A stretch of DNA of 64,000 bases from the NCBI GenBank assembly GCA_038231135.1, contig JBBRLX010000001.1, positions 160,001 to 224,000 of the forward strand, in the 5' to 3' direction. Each line of letters begins with the position of its first letter. Position 1 is the first letter of the stretch. The stretch is from Candidatus Eiseniibacteriota bacterium (GTDB lineage: Bacteria; Eisenbacteria; RBG-16-71-46). This document shows, one piece after another, positions 41,566-51,563 of the stretch. A program made the translations under genes and the position numbers. A model generated the notes under the pieces. It was not told the DNA's origin, did not search any database, and saw only the letters and a list, made by a program, of their open reading frames with translations.

Positions 41566-42399
41566 TTGCCTGAGAATACGTTCGATCGCGCCCGCTTCGC
41601 GCAGCGTCTCGCCACCCGGCGGCTGGGGCGGCAGCTGGTCGTACGCGCCGAAACGGCGTCGACCAACGACGACGCGTGGGACGCGCTCGCCCAGGGCGCC
41701 CCCGACGGGGCGACGGTGATCGCGGAATCGCAGATCCGCGGCCGCGGCCGTGGCGGGCGTACGTGGCAGTCGGCGCCGGGACGCGGGCTGGCGTTGTCGC
41801 TCGTGCTGCACCTCGACTGCGATCCCGAGCCGCTGGTGTCGCTGCCGCTGGTCGTCGGGCTCGCGCTGGTCACGGCGCTCGACCGGCTCCATGTGCGCGC
41901 CGAGCTCAAATGGCCGAACGACGTGCTGTTCGACGGTCGCAAGCTCGCGGGCATCCTGTGCGAGCGGCGGTCGACTCCCGACGGGCTCGACGCCGCGGTC
42001 GTGGGAGTGGGCGTGAACGTGCTCCAGTCCCGTGACGAATTCGCGCCGGAGCTGCGCGACACCGCGACGTCCGTGGCGCTGGCGCTCGCGTCGAGCGCGG
42101 CCGCGCCGGCCTCGCGCGAGGACGTGGCCGCGGAGTTCCTGAACGCATTCGAGCCGCTGTGGACGGAGCACGCAGAAGGTGATCCGCGCCGCGCGCTCGA
42201 CGCGTGGTCGCGCCGCGCGGCGTTCTGGGGCGCGCCCGTCACGGTGCGCACTCCGGCCGGCAGCGTACGCGGCGTCGCGCGCGCGCTCGATCCCGTGGGT
42301 GCGCTGCTCGTCGACACCGGCGACGGCGGAGTCGTCCGGGTGCTCGCCGGCGACGTCGAGGTGGACGCGCCCGAGTCGGCGCCGGGCGGAACGTCGTGA
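41566..42399 (+). CDS. birA: Biotin-[acetyl-CoA-carboxylase] ligase (no HTH)
   Basis: STND, Q.RGRGR.GRTW.S, KWPND, KLAGIL, GVGVN. Confidence 0.93.
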   Translation: MPENTFDRARFAQRLATRRLGRQLVVRAETASTNDDAWDALAQGAPDGATVIAESQIRGRGRGGRTWQSAPGRGLALSLVLHLDCDPEPLVSLPLVVGLALVTALDRLHVRAELKWPNDVLFDGRKLAGILCERRSTPDGLDAAVVGVGVNVLQSRDEFAPELRDTATSVALALASSAAAPASREDVAAEFLNAFEPLWTEHAEGDPRRALDAWSRRAAFWGAPVTVRTPAGSVRGVARALDPVGALLVDTGDGGVVRVLAGDVEVDAPESAPGGTS

Positions 42400-43187
42400 C
42401 CGATCCGCGCCAGACCGGCGAGATGCCGTTCCTCGACCATCTCGTGGAACTGCGGTCGGTGCTGTTCCACTCGGTGATTGCGGCCGTGATCGGGGCCAGC
42501 TTCGGCTGGTGGTTCGCGCCGCGCGTGCTCGAGGACCTGGTGCATCGCACGGTCGGTGTCGCGGTGGTGCTGTCACCGCTCGAGGCGTTCAACGAGCGCT
42601 TCAAGCTGTCGCTGCTGATCGGGCTGGTGCTGGTGCTGCCCTACGTGTTCTACCGCATCTGGCTGTTCGTCGTGCCCGGGCTCATGAAGCGCGAGCGCAG
42701 CATGATCCTGCCGATGGCAATGGGCTCGATGGTGCTGTTCGTGATCGGCGTCGCCGTGGCGTACTTCTACCTGGTGCCGCTGGTGCTGCGGGTGCTGATG
42801 CAATTCATGACGCCGAGCATGCACGCCGACATCCAGCTGGGTCCGCTGCTGGGGTTCTTCTACAACATGGCGCTGGCGTGCGGGCTCGTGTGCCAGCTCC
42901 CGCTCGTCACGATGACGCTCACCGCGGTCGGCCTCGTCACGCCGGGCTTCCTGCTCAAGCAGTGGCGGATCGCGATCGTGGCGGTGTTCTTCATCACCGC
43001 TGTGATCACCCCCGGCGACGTGGTGACGGCCCAGGTGATCATGGCGCTGCCGATGACGCTTCTGTATTTCCTGAGTGTGCTGCTGTCGTACCTCGTCGCG
43101 CGGCGACGGCAGGAGGCTGCAGCCGAGCCCGAGGCCGAGCCGCTCGTCCCCGGGCCCCGACCGATCGATGGAGGTGACCATGCCTGA
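42396..43187 (+). CDS. tatC: Twin-arginine translocase TatC
   Basis: EMPFLDHLVELR, WLFVVPGL, ITPGD, PM.LLY. Confidence 0.93.
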   Translation: MTDPRQTGEMPFLDHLVELRSVLFHSVIAAVIGASFGWWFAPRVLEDLVHRTVGVAVVLSPLEAFNERFKLSLLIGLVLVLPYVFYRIWLFVVPGLMKRERSMILPMAMGSMVLFVIGVAVAYFYLVPLVLRVLMQFMTPSMHADIQLGPLLGFFYNMALACGLVCQLPLVTMTLTAVGLVTPGFLLKQWRIAIVAVFFITAVITPGDVVTAQVIMALPMTLLYFLSVLLSYLVARRRQEAAAEPEAEPLVPGPRPIDGGDHA

Positions 43188-44028
43188 GCGCCGGCGCAGT
43201 TCCGCGCGCAGCTCGAAGACCCGTGTCGCGAACACCCGCTCCCGGGCGGCCCGCGCAGCCGGGCGCACCGCGCGGGTGCTCGCCGTCGACGTCGGCAACA
43301 GCGAGACGACGCTGGGGCTGTTCCACGGCGAGAAGGTCGCCGGGTTCTGGCGGCTCACCAGCACCCGCCAGACGGCGGATGAGGTCATGCTCGTCGTGCG
43401 GTCGCTGCTCGCCACGGCGGGAGAGGCGAAGCTCGACGGCACCGCGCTGTGCTCCGTGGTGCCCGCGCTCACCGGGGCATGGACTGCGGCGCTCGCGGGC
43501 CTGGCGCCCACCGCGCCGTTCGAGGTGTCCGCGGCGTCGGCGGAGGACCTGACGATCCGCTACAGGGATCCGTCCGCCGTCGGGGCCGACCGCATCGCCA
43601 ACGCGATCGCGGTGCGCGCGCTCTACGGCGCACCGGCGATCGTCGTGGACCTGGGAACCGCGACCACGTTCGACTGCATCGGCCGCGGCGGCGACTACCT
43701 GGGCGGCATCATCGCGCCGGGCGTGGGCACCTCGGCGGAGGAGCTGTTCCGCCGCGCGGCGCGCATCGCGCGCGTGGAATTGCGCCGGCCTCCGCACGCC
43801 GTGGGCCGCACCACCGAGGAGTCGCTGCAGGCGGGCGTGCTGTGGGGGCACGCCGGCCAGGTCGACGCACTGGTGCGCCGGCTCGCGCTCGAGATTCGCG
43901 GCACGCCGCACGTGATCGCGACCGGCGGCTGGGCGGCGATCATCGCGCCCGAGTGCGAGACCATCAACCGCGTCGACGATACGCTCACGCTCAAGGGCAC
44001 GCGGCTGCTGTGGGAGCGCGCGCGCTGA
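43180..44028 (+). CDS. coaX: Type III pantothenate kinase
   Basis: DVGNS, SVVP, GADR, VDLGTATTFD, GGIIAPG, ATGG, LTLKG. Confidence 0.95.
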   Translation: MPERRRSSARSSKTRVANTRSRAARAAGRTARVLAVDVGNSETTLGLFHGEKVAGFWRLTSTRQTADEVMLVVRSLLATAGEAKLDGTALCSVVPALTGAWTAALAGLAPTAPFEVSAASAEDLTIRYRDPSAVGADRIANAIAVRALYGAPAIVVDLGTATTFDCIGRGGDYLGGIIAPGVGTSAEELFRRAARIARVELRRPPHAVGRTTEESLQAGVLWGHAGQVDALVRRLALEIRGTPHVIATGGWAAIIAPECETINRVDDTLTLKGTRLLWERAR

Positions 44029-45848
44029 GCGCCGCCCGCGGGCCGCGGCCGCCGGGCACCCTCGCGGTGATCGCACTGCTCGTGGCCTACCTCGCGGCGG
44101 CGTGGGGCTTCGCGTTGCCGATGCCGTTCATCAGTGACGACTGGCAGATCCTCGCCCGCGTGCGCACCGCGTCGTTCGGAGCGCTGTGGGGCGGCCAGGA
44201 TCTGCTGTGGCGCTGGTGGCGGCCGTGGTCGCGCGAGCTGCACTTCTGGTCGCTGTCGCGCCTGTTCGGCCCGCGCGAACCGGCGTTTCACGCCGTGAGT
44301 TTCGCGCTGTGGGTCGCGGTGCTCGCGCTGTTCTTCACGCTCGCGCGCCGCGCCGCCGGGCCGCGCGTGGCCGCGATCGCGTGCGCCGGGCTCGCCGCGC
44401 TGTCCGCGTGGTCGGGCGCGCTGCTGTGGGCGGCGGGTGTCCAGGATCTGTGGATGCTCGTGTGGGTGCTGCTCTACCTGCACGCGGTTGCGCGCGGCCG
44501 CGCGTGGCTGGCGCTGGTGGCGCTCGCCGGCGCGCTGCTGAGCAAGGAGCTGGCGGCCGTGGCGCCGGGGCTCGGGTTCGCGTGGGCGCTGTGGGTGTCG
44601 CGCGCGCGCGCGGCAACGGCGCTGCGCCGCATCGCGCCGCATGCGGCGCTGGTGACGGTGTGGGTGGTCGTGCATCCCACGTTGCGCGACCGGTTGCTGC
44701 ATCCGGCCCAGCTCGACGTGGAGCTGCCACGCCGCACCGAATCGCTGGTCACCACCGCGATGCGCACGCTGGGCACGTTGATCAACCTGCAGTACGCGCC
44801 GCATCCCCAGGCGGGATGGGCGGCCGCGATCGTGCCGGCACTGCCCGCGATCGCCGTCGTCGTGGCACTCGGAGCGTGGGCGGCGTTCGCGCGGGGAGCG
44901 GCGGGTGGCGGTGCGACCGGGGGTGGCAACGAGGCGACGAGCGGGGGCGCCGCTCCTGCCCGGGCGCGGCGCGCTCGCCGGAGTGCACAGGCCGACGCGC
45001 CGGACGCGCCGGCACCGCCACGACCCGCGATGCTGGGCCTCACGTGGGCGGGGGTGGGCTGGCTGCCGCTGGTGCTGCCGTCGATCGACTGGCATCCGTA
45101 TTACACGCTGCTCGGCGCGATGGGGGCATGGCTCGCAATCGGCACCTGGCTGGCGCGGCGCCCCGCGGTGGCGTCGGTCGCGCTGCTCGCGGTGGCGATG
45201 CTGGAGCCGGTGCAGGCCGACACGCCGGTGTGGAGCTTCAGCGCCAGTCTCTACCAGCGACGCCAGGCGTACTTCGTGGGCCGGCTGCGCGCCGAGTTGC
45301 TGCGCATGCATCCCGCGCTGCCGCCACGCTCGCGGCTGTACTTCTCGCGGGTACCGAACAGCATCGGGCTCGGCTACTCGTGGTTCAGTCCCGCGTTCAG
45401 CGTGTGGTACGCGGACTCGACGATCCACGGCGGGTTCTGGTCGTCCTACCGCCCGCGCGCCGCGGACGGCGCGCCGGACTATTTTTTCCGCTACGACAGC
45501 TCAGGGGTGCGGTGGGCGGAGGTGCGCCCGGGTGCGGAGCCGGTGCCAGGCGCGATGCGCATGAATTCCCGGTGGCGCGAGGATCACGCCGAGCTGGCCG
45601 CGTTGTTCGCGCGCACCGGCGACTGGCCCGGCGCGGCCGGGGAATACGCGAAGCTGTGGAGCGCCACGCCCGAAAGCATCGCGTACGCCTACGATGCCGG
45701 CGTGGCGCACGAGATGGCCGGCGACAGCACGGGCGCGGCACGGGCGTACCGTGCGGTGGTCGAGTCATCGCGGTCCACGCCCGACGCGCGCACGTTCGCC
45801 CGCGCGTTCGGCGCCCGCCGCGCCGCGATCCGGAACGGTCCCCGATGA
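44025..45848 (+). CDS. GT-C (TMTC/PMT-like) membrane protein with TPR-like tail, paralog 1 (start uncertain)
   Basis: FISDDW, WWRPWSRE, LLSKE; multiple TM segments; C-terminal helical repeats. Confidence 0.7.
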   Translation: MSAARGPRPPGTLAVIALLVAYLAAAWGFALPMPFISDDWQILARVRTASFGALWGGQDLLWRWWRPWSRELHFWSLSRLFGPREPAFHAVSFALWVAVLALFFTLARRAAGPRVAAIACAGLAALSAWSGALLWAAGVQDLWMLVWVLLYLHAVARGRAWLALVALAGALLSKELAAVAPGLGFAWALWVSRARAATALRRIAPHAALVTVWVVVHPTLRDRLLHPAQLDVELPRRTESLVTTAMRTLGTLINLQYAPHPQAGWAAAIVPALPAIAVVVALGAWAAFARGAAGGGATGGGNEATSGGAAPARARRARRSAQADAPDAPAPPRPAMLGLTWAGVGWLPLVLPSIDWHPYYTLLGAMGAWLAIGTWLARRPAVASVALLAVAMLEPVQADTPVWSFSASLYQRRQAYFVGRLRAELLRMHPALPPRSRLYFSRVPNSIGLGYSWFSPAFSVWYADSTIHGGFWSSYRPRAADGAPDYFFRYDSSGVRWAEVRPGAEPVPGAMRMNSRWREDHAELAALFARTGDWPGAAGEYAKLWSATPESIAYAYDAGVAHEMAGDSTGAARAYRAVVESSRSTPDARTFARAFGARRAAIRNGPR

Positions 45849-47695
45849 CGCCGCGGCCACGACAGCGTCCGCCCGTCGCGCCCGTCGCGCCACGGTCGCG
45901 CCATGGATCCGGCGCGGTGTCGCTCGCGCTCGCCGGCGGCATCCTGCTCGTGCACTGGCTGCACGCGTTGCGCGTGCCGTTCATCAACGACGACTACGTG
46001 TTCCTGGACATGGTGCGCGACCGGGCGTTCGCGTCGCTGTGGGGAACGTCGCGGCTGATGTTCGGGTGGTGGCGGCCGGTGTCACGCGAGTTCCACTACT
46101 GGGCGCTCGAACGCACGATCGGCGCGCGCGAGCTGCCGTTCCATGTCGCGAGCCTGCTGCTGGCGCTCGCGGTGCTCGCCGTCTACTACCGCCTCGCCCG
46201 CCGCCTCGCCGGCGCGCGTGCCGCGGCGATCGCATCGGCGGGGGTGGCGGTGATGGCGGCGTGGGCCGTGCCGATGGTGTGGGTCGCCGGCGCCCAGGAG
46301 TTGTGGATGCTGCTGTTCGCGCTGCTGTGTATCGACGCGTTCGCGTTCGGCAGCGTGTGGATCGCGGCGCCGGCGCTGGCGGTGGCGCTGCTGAGCAAGG
46401 AGACCGCGGCCGTGGTGCCGGGCATCGCACTCGCCGTCGCCATCGCGACCCGCCGGTTCGCGCCGCGTGCCACGCTGCTGCGCGTGCTGCCGCTCGCGGC
46501 CGTGACCGTGGCGTGGGCGCTGGTGCATCCGGCGGTGCGGGCAATGCTGACGGGTGTCGCGCATGGAGCGGGTTCCGCGGACGGCACCACGGTGACCTCA
46601 CCGGCGGCGATCGTGCTGCACACCCTGCGCGTCCCCGTGAACCTCGACCAGCCGCCGGCGCCGGATCACGGCTGGATGAGCGTGCTGGTGCGGGCCGCGC
46701 CATCGATCGTGCTCGTGGTGCTCGCTGTGGTGTGGGCGTTCCGGAACGAACGGCGGGAGGGCGGCGGATCGCCCGCGGCCGGCGCGGGCACCGGCGTGCC
46801 GGCACTCGCCCTGGTGCCAAGGTCCCGCGCGGCGGACATCGTATCGCCCGCGAGTACGGACCCGCGGCCCCTCGACAGCACGCACCTCGCGGCGTGCACG
46901 ATCGTGTGGGCCCTGCTCGGCTGGCTGCCGGTGCTGTGGCCCGCGCTCGGCTGGCACTCGTACTACACGCTGCTCGGCGCATTCGGCGTTTGGTTGCTGG
47001 CGGGTGCTTGGCTCGCGCGCGAGCGCTCGGTCGCGCTCACGGTGCTGATCGCGCTCGCGGTGCTGCGCGCCGGCCAGGCGGCGACGCCGTCGCTCGACTG
47101 GGGCACCGAGTGGTATCAGAACCGCGCCGCCGCGTTCGTGCAGTTCCTGCGCGCCGACCTGCTGCAGCGCGAGCCCCGGCCCGCACCGCACTCACGGTTG
47201 TTCTTCGGAGGTGTGCCGAGCAACGTGGGGTTCCTCACCGCGGGCGCTCCGGCGCTGCGCGTGTGGTACGGCGACAGCACGCTGTCGGGCGGCTACATGT
47301 CGCAATACGCCGCGCGCGGCGCCGGCGCCGCGCCCGGACCGGACCGGTTCTTCCGTTACGACAGCACCGCCGGCTGGGTGGAGCTGCGCACCCTAGACGA
47401 GCCGGCCGCGGCGCGCGCAGAGAATCCGCGCTGGGAGGCGGATCACCGCGAACTCGCGGCGGTGTTCGCCCGCGCGCGCGACTGGACGGCCGCGGCGCAC
47501 GAATACGCAAGGCTTGCGACCGCGGCGGACGCGCCGCTGAAATCCGCGACCGATGCTGGCGTATGCTTCGCGATGGCGGGCGATTCGACCGCCGCCGCCC
47601 GCTGGTTCGCCCTCGCGGCGCGCCAGCCGGGTGCCGATGACGAGGTGAAGGCGTTCGCGCGGCGTTTCGCGCATCATCTGAGCGCCGTGCCCTAG
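45845..47695 (+). CDS. GT-C (TMTC/PMT-like) membrane protein with TPR-like tail, paralog 2
   Basis: FINDDY, WWRPVSRE, LLSKE; shares FFRYDS and RW..DH.ELAA with paralog 1. Confidence 0.7.
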   Translation: MTPRPRQRPPVAPVAPRSRHGSGAVSLALAGGILLVHWLHALRVPFINDDYVFLDMVRDRAFASLWGTSRLMFGWWRPVSREFHYWALERTIGARELPFHVASLLLALAVLAVYYRLARRLAGARAAAIASAGVAVMAAWAVPMVWVAGAQELWMLLFALLCIDAFAFGSVWIAAPALAVALLSKETAAVVPGIALAVAIATRRFAPRATLLRVLPLAAVTVAWALVHPAVRAMLTGVAHGAGSADGTTVTSPAAIVLHTLRVPVNLDQPPAPDHGWMSVLVRAAPSIVLVVLAVVWAFRNERREGGGSPAAGAGTGVPALALVPRSRAADIVSPASTDPRPLDSTHLAACTIVWALLGWLPVLWPALGWHSYYTLLGAFGVWLLAGAWLARERSVALTVLIALAVLRAGQAATPSLDWGTEWYQNRAAAFVQFLRADLLQREPRPAPHSRLFFGGVPSNVGFLTAGAPALRVWYGDSTLSGGYMSQYAARGAGAAPGPDRFFRYDSTAGWVELRTLDEPAAARAENPRWEADHRELAAVFARARDWTAAAHEYARLATAADAPLKSATDAGVCFAMAGDSTAAARWFALAARQPGADDEVKAFARRFAHHLSAVP

Positions 47696-47760
47696 GTCAC
47701 TGCAATGCAGCCAGTTGGACGAGTGCGGGTCGCGGGCCCGCACGCATCAGGGACGAGCCC

Positions 47761-49359
47761 ATGGGCAAGCTGATCCAGTTCGACGACGAAGCGCGGAATG
47801 CCCTGCGCCGGGGCGTGGACAAGCTGGCGGGCGCGGTGCGCGTCACGCTCGGCCCGCGCGGCCGCAACGTGGTGATCGATCACCGCGACGGCAATCCCAC
47901 GATCACGAACGATGGACTCACGATCGCGCGCGAGATCGAGCTCGAGAATCCCTTCGAGAATATGGGCGCCCAGCTCGTCCGCGAGGTCGCGATCAAGACC
48001 GGCCAGGTCGCGGGCGACGGCACCACCACCGCGACCGTGCTCGCGCACAGCCTGGTGTCACGCGGACTGCAGGCGGTGGCCGCCGGCCACAATCCGATGG
48101 CCGTGAAGCGCGGCATCGACCACGCCGTGGAGGCGGTGGTCGAGGATCTGCGCCGCCAGGCGCGCACCGTGAACAACCGCGCCGACCTGCAGCGCGTGGC
48201 GCGGGTGAGCGCCGGCGACGACACGATCGGCAACATGGTCGCCGACGCGCTCGACCGCGTGGGCGCGAGCGGCGTGATCACGATCGACGAAGGCCGTGGC
48301 ATGACCGACACGCTCGAGGTGGTGGAAGGCGTGCGGTTCGACCACGGCTACCTGTCGCCGTACTTCGTCACCGACGCGGAGAGCATGGAGGTGGTGCTCG
48401 ACAACCCGCTCGTGCTGATCACCGACCTGCGCGTGTCGGCGGCGCAGGAGGTGCTGGGAGTGCTCGAGCACGCCGCCGCCACGCGCCGTCCGCTGCTGGT
48501 GATCGCGGACGACGTCGAGGCCGAGGCGCTTGCCACGCTGGTCGTGAACCGCCTGCGGGGCACGCTGCACTGCGTGGCCGTGCGTGCGCCCGCGAGCGGC
48601 GAGCGGCGCCGCGAGCTGCTGGAGGACCTCGCCGTGCTGACCGGCGCCACGCTGGTGACCCGCGACATGGGCCGCTCGCTGGAACGGTTCCACGCCCCCG
48701 ACCTGGGGCGCGCGAAGCGGGTCGTGGTGGATCACGACTCGACCACGATCATCGAAGGCGGCGGCGACGCCGTGGCGATCCGCGCGCGCGTCGCCGAGCT
48801 GGAGCGCGCGCTCACCGGCGCCGGCACCGACCACGACCGCGAGCTGCTCAGGGAACGCATCGCGCGCCTCACCGGCGGCGTCGCATTGATCCACGTCGGC
48901 GCCGCGAGCGCGCTCGAACTGGCCGAGCGCAAGAACCGGTTCGACGACGCGCTCGCCGCGACGCGCTCGGCCGTGGAGGAGGGCATGCTCACCGGCGGCG
49001 GCGTCGCGCTGCTGCGCGCGCAGAAGTCGCTCGATTCGAGCAAGGCGCGCGGCGACGAGAAGATCGGCTACGACATCGTGCGCCTCGCACTCGAGCAGCC
49101 CACCCGCCAGATCGCGGAGAACGCCGGCGAGCGCGGCGAGGTCGTGGTGGCGCGCACCCGAGAGCAGACCGGCGGATTCGGCTACGACGCGCTGGCCGGC
49201 GTGTACTGCGACCTCGACGCCGCGGGGATCGTCGATCCCGCCAAGGTCACGCGCTGCGCCCTGCAGCACGCCGCGAGCATCGGGACGCTGATGCTCACGA
49301 CCGACGCGATCGTCGTGGATGCGCCGGGCAAGGATGACGAGGGGGGCGGGGAGGAGTGA
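47761..49359 (+). CDS. groL: Chaperonin GroEL (divergent paralog)
   Basis: TLGPRGRNV, ITNDG, AGDGTTTAT, GYLSPYF, GGGVAL, GIVDPAKV. Confidence 0.93.
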   Translation: MGKLIQFDDEARNALRRGVDKLAGAVRVTLGPRGRNVVIDHRDGNPTITNDGLTIAREIELENPFENMGAQLVREVAIKTGQVAGDGTTTATVLAHSLVSRGLQAVAAGHNPMAVKRGIDHAVEAVVEDLRRQARTVNNRADLQRVARVSAGDDTIGNMVADALDRVGASGVITIDEGRGMTDTLEVVEGVRFDHGYLSPYFVTDAESMEVVLDNPLVLITDLRVSAAQEVLGVLEHAAATRRPLLVIADDVEAEALATLVVNRLRGTLHCVAVRAPASGERRRELLEDLAVLTGATLVTRDMGRSLERFHAPDLGRAKRVVVDHDSTTIIEGGGDAVAIRARVAELERALTGAGTDHDRELLRERIARLTGGVALIHVGAASALELAERKNRFDDALAATRSAVEEGMLTGGGVALLRAQKSLDSSKARGDEKIGYDIVRLALEQPTRQIAENAGERGEVVVARTREQTGGFGYDALAGVYCDLDAAGIVDPAKVTRCALQHAASIGTLMLTTDAIVVDAPGKDDEGGGEE

Positions 49360-49368
49360 GGGCGTTGT

Positions 49369-50763
49369 TCATGGCGACGCCTTCCCCGAAACGGCCACGC
49401 ATTCTTGCTGTCCGGGTGTAAACGACTCTCGACGCACGCGATGAGCTGAATTAGAACCGAGGAATGCCAGCGCGGCCCGGACTCGCTCGTCGAGCGAAGC
49501 GTCGGACATGGTCTCGCAATGCTCCGCCGCGCGTCGTGCCTCCTCGGCGCGGAAGCCGAGCCGTCGCAGCCAGGGCATCACGTTTCTCTTCGGGTTCATG
49601 GCGTCGGCCTTTGCCGCCGCTGCGGCCGCCCGTTGCTGTTCGTCGGCTGCGACTCTTGCCTCGGCTGCCTGCGCACGTCCCTGCGCCGCTGCTTCCCGGG
49701 CGAGTCCCCGCTTGCGGCTCATGAAATCGGCGCCGAACTCGCATTCCGCCGTGTACTGGTTGTGCGAGCGGCACCGCAGCCGCATGCCTGCAAGGGTCGC
49801 TTCGCCGCCACGCGCCACCGGATCGATGTGATCGAATTCCAGTAGCGATCGCGAGGGGCAGCGCTTGCCGGTGTCGCTCGTGAACGTGCATTGGCCGTGA
49901 TCCCGCTGCCACACGGCGCGTTTCACGTGTCGTGGAACGTACCTACGATTCTCGTTCGCGCATTCCGTATGTGCGCCGCTACGCGTTGCCTTCCTACGCG
50001 GCCGCTGGGTCGCCCCGAACTTGCGCCGTTCGAGTTCGTGAACGAGCAGATCCAATGCCTGTCCGAGGAGTTCCTCGGCGTCCCGCCCGGTGGTTCGGTG
50101 GCTCGCGAGGGACTTGGCATACTGCAACTTGCCGTAGTTGGTCTCACCGATCGTGCGCCGAAGTTCCTGCGAGCCAGGCTGGCGCCGCGCACATGTCTGA
50201 ACGGGCCCCGGGGCCTGCTGCGCGAACAACTCCGACTCCAGGGCCAGCCGCCCCGACGTCTCAACAGGCTCCGGGGCCTGTTGCGCAGATGTCAACTTAA
50301 CAGGCCCCGGGGCCTGTTCGGCGCAGGCCGCCGACGTAGCCATTACGGAGGGCGCAACTCCAGGGAACCGCTGCGCGAGCAGCCGTTCGATCTCGATCCG
50401 GGTCTTGTGCCTGGCCGCCGCCAGCAACTCGTCGAGATTCTCGGGCGTGAGATGCGGCGCCAGCGCGATCACGGAACTGTGGTGCAGATGCTCCGCGGCG
50501 AGCTCCAGAAATAGGGCCGGGAACTTCCACGCCGTTCGCGCCACGCGGATGAGCTTGAAGGCCGGATCCGGCTCCATGTTCATCTCATGCACGCAATAGG
50601 AATGCATCGACGGATGCGCCGCCGGCAGGTACAGCCGGCGAGCGTCGAATTCTGCCAGCCAGGCGAGCGCCTCGGTCGCGTTGCGAGAAACCCGGGCGAA
50701 CTTCACCGGCAGTCCACGAGCAATGTCACCGTCAGCGAGATGAGTCAGCGAATACCAGGTCAT
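49369..50763 (-). CDS. DUF222/13E12-like HNH endonuclease domain protein
   Basis: LAEFDARRLY...SMHSYC N-terminus; RYVPRHVKRAVWQRD.GQC, LEFDHIDP.ARGG, RCRSHN. Confidence 0.85.
   Translation of the reverse strand: MTWYSLTHLADGDIARGLPVKFARVSRNATEALAWLAEFDARRLYLPAAHPSMHSYCVHEMNMEPDPAFKLIRVARTAWKFPALFLELAAEHLHHSSVIALAPHLTPENLDELLAAARHKTRIEIERLLAQRFPGVAPSVMATSAACAEQAPGPVKLTSAQQAPEPVETSGRLALESELFAQQAPGPVQTCARRQPGSQELRRTIGETNYGKLQYAKSLASHRTTGRDAEELLGQALDLLVHELERRKFGATQRPRRKATRSGAHTECANENRRYVPRHVKRAVWQRDHGQCTFTSDTGKRCPSRSLLEFDHIDPVARGGEATLAGMRLRCRSHNQYTAECEFGADFMSRKRGLAREAAAQGRAQAAEARVAADEQQRAAAAAAKADAMNPKRNVMPWLRRLGFRAEEARRAAEHCETMSDASLDERVRAALAFLGSNSAHRVRRESFTPGQQECVAVSGKASP
50203..50320 (-). repeat. 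Three QAP(G/E)PV repeats in the HNH protein linker
   Basis: AEQAPGPV, AQQAPEPV, AQQAPGPV; DNA unit (c)gggGCCTG recurs three times. Confidence 0.6.
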
Positions 50764-51122
50764 GGGTCGCTCACGAGAATTGGGTGAGCGGGGGCTCTTC
50801 AGCTCTCAATTCTAATGGCACCTGATTTCGCGCTCGAGGATCTCGCGAGAGCGTGCGGAGTGAAGGGTCGCGAGATATTCGCGTCCGGAGATGATCGAGG
50901 CCGCCGCACGTAGCCTGAACGGCGACAGACGCCCAATGCGGCAAGCGCGGTGAGGCGTCGGTTACCCCAACCCGTGGGTCGTCAAGTTAATTCGATGGTA
51001 CGGACCGGGCACACTGGTAACAGATCGGACCGGGGATATGGGTTACAGCTCGCGAGAATCATCCGGGGCGCGAGCATCGTCAGAAGGTCGCCGGGAAAAC
51101 TGGACGCGGTTTCCAAGAGCCC

Positions 51123-51497
51123 CTATGGCACTATTTGAAGCCCCGCACCGATACGCGCGAATAGCTCGAGGCAGTGATTCGGGATATATCCAAGAGATTC
51201 GCGCTCTTTGTTAAACACCCCATATCCAACGGTTACTCGAGCGCCTCTCGGAAGGGCGGTGAATCGATCTGCGTGATCTCTGATCAAGCTCGAAAGGGCT
51301 TCCATCCGGGCTTCGACGGAGTCTTCCTCGGTTGCGGGTGCTTGAAGTGCCCAGCCGCCTTCATCATGAACAAGTAGTCCTTCGCAGCGGGCAGGATCGA
51401 GTTGAAGAATCTCCGTAATGTATTCCGGGGCGCACTCAAACTCAGAAATTACCAACAGGGCGTTGAATTGCGGCTCATCGCGAGTTGGTTCAACCAT
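51123..51497 (-). CDS. DUF4279-like small protein
   Basis: PEYITEILQLDP, W.L, LELFARIGAGL pattern; atypical AT-richer codon usage. Confidence 0.6.
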   Translation of the reverse strand: MVEPTRDEPQFNALLVISEFECAPEYITEILQLDPARCEGLLVHDEGGWALQAPATEEDSVEARMEALSSLIRDHADRFTALPRGARVTVGYGVFNKERESLGYIPNHCLELFARIGAGLQIVP

Positions 51498-51563
51498 CAC
51501 ACCTCCACAACATGCAGGTGATGCGCGATGGACCTCGCGCGGCGATGCGGTCTACGCGCCTAT

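Noticed and set aside
47693..47730. Possible CIRCE element before groEL
   Set aside because: Only a GAGTGC half-site; the left arm does not match TTAGCACTC at 9-nt spacing
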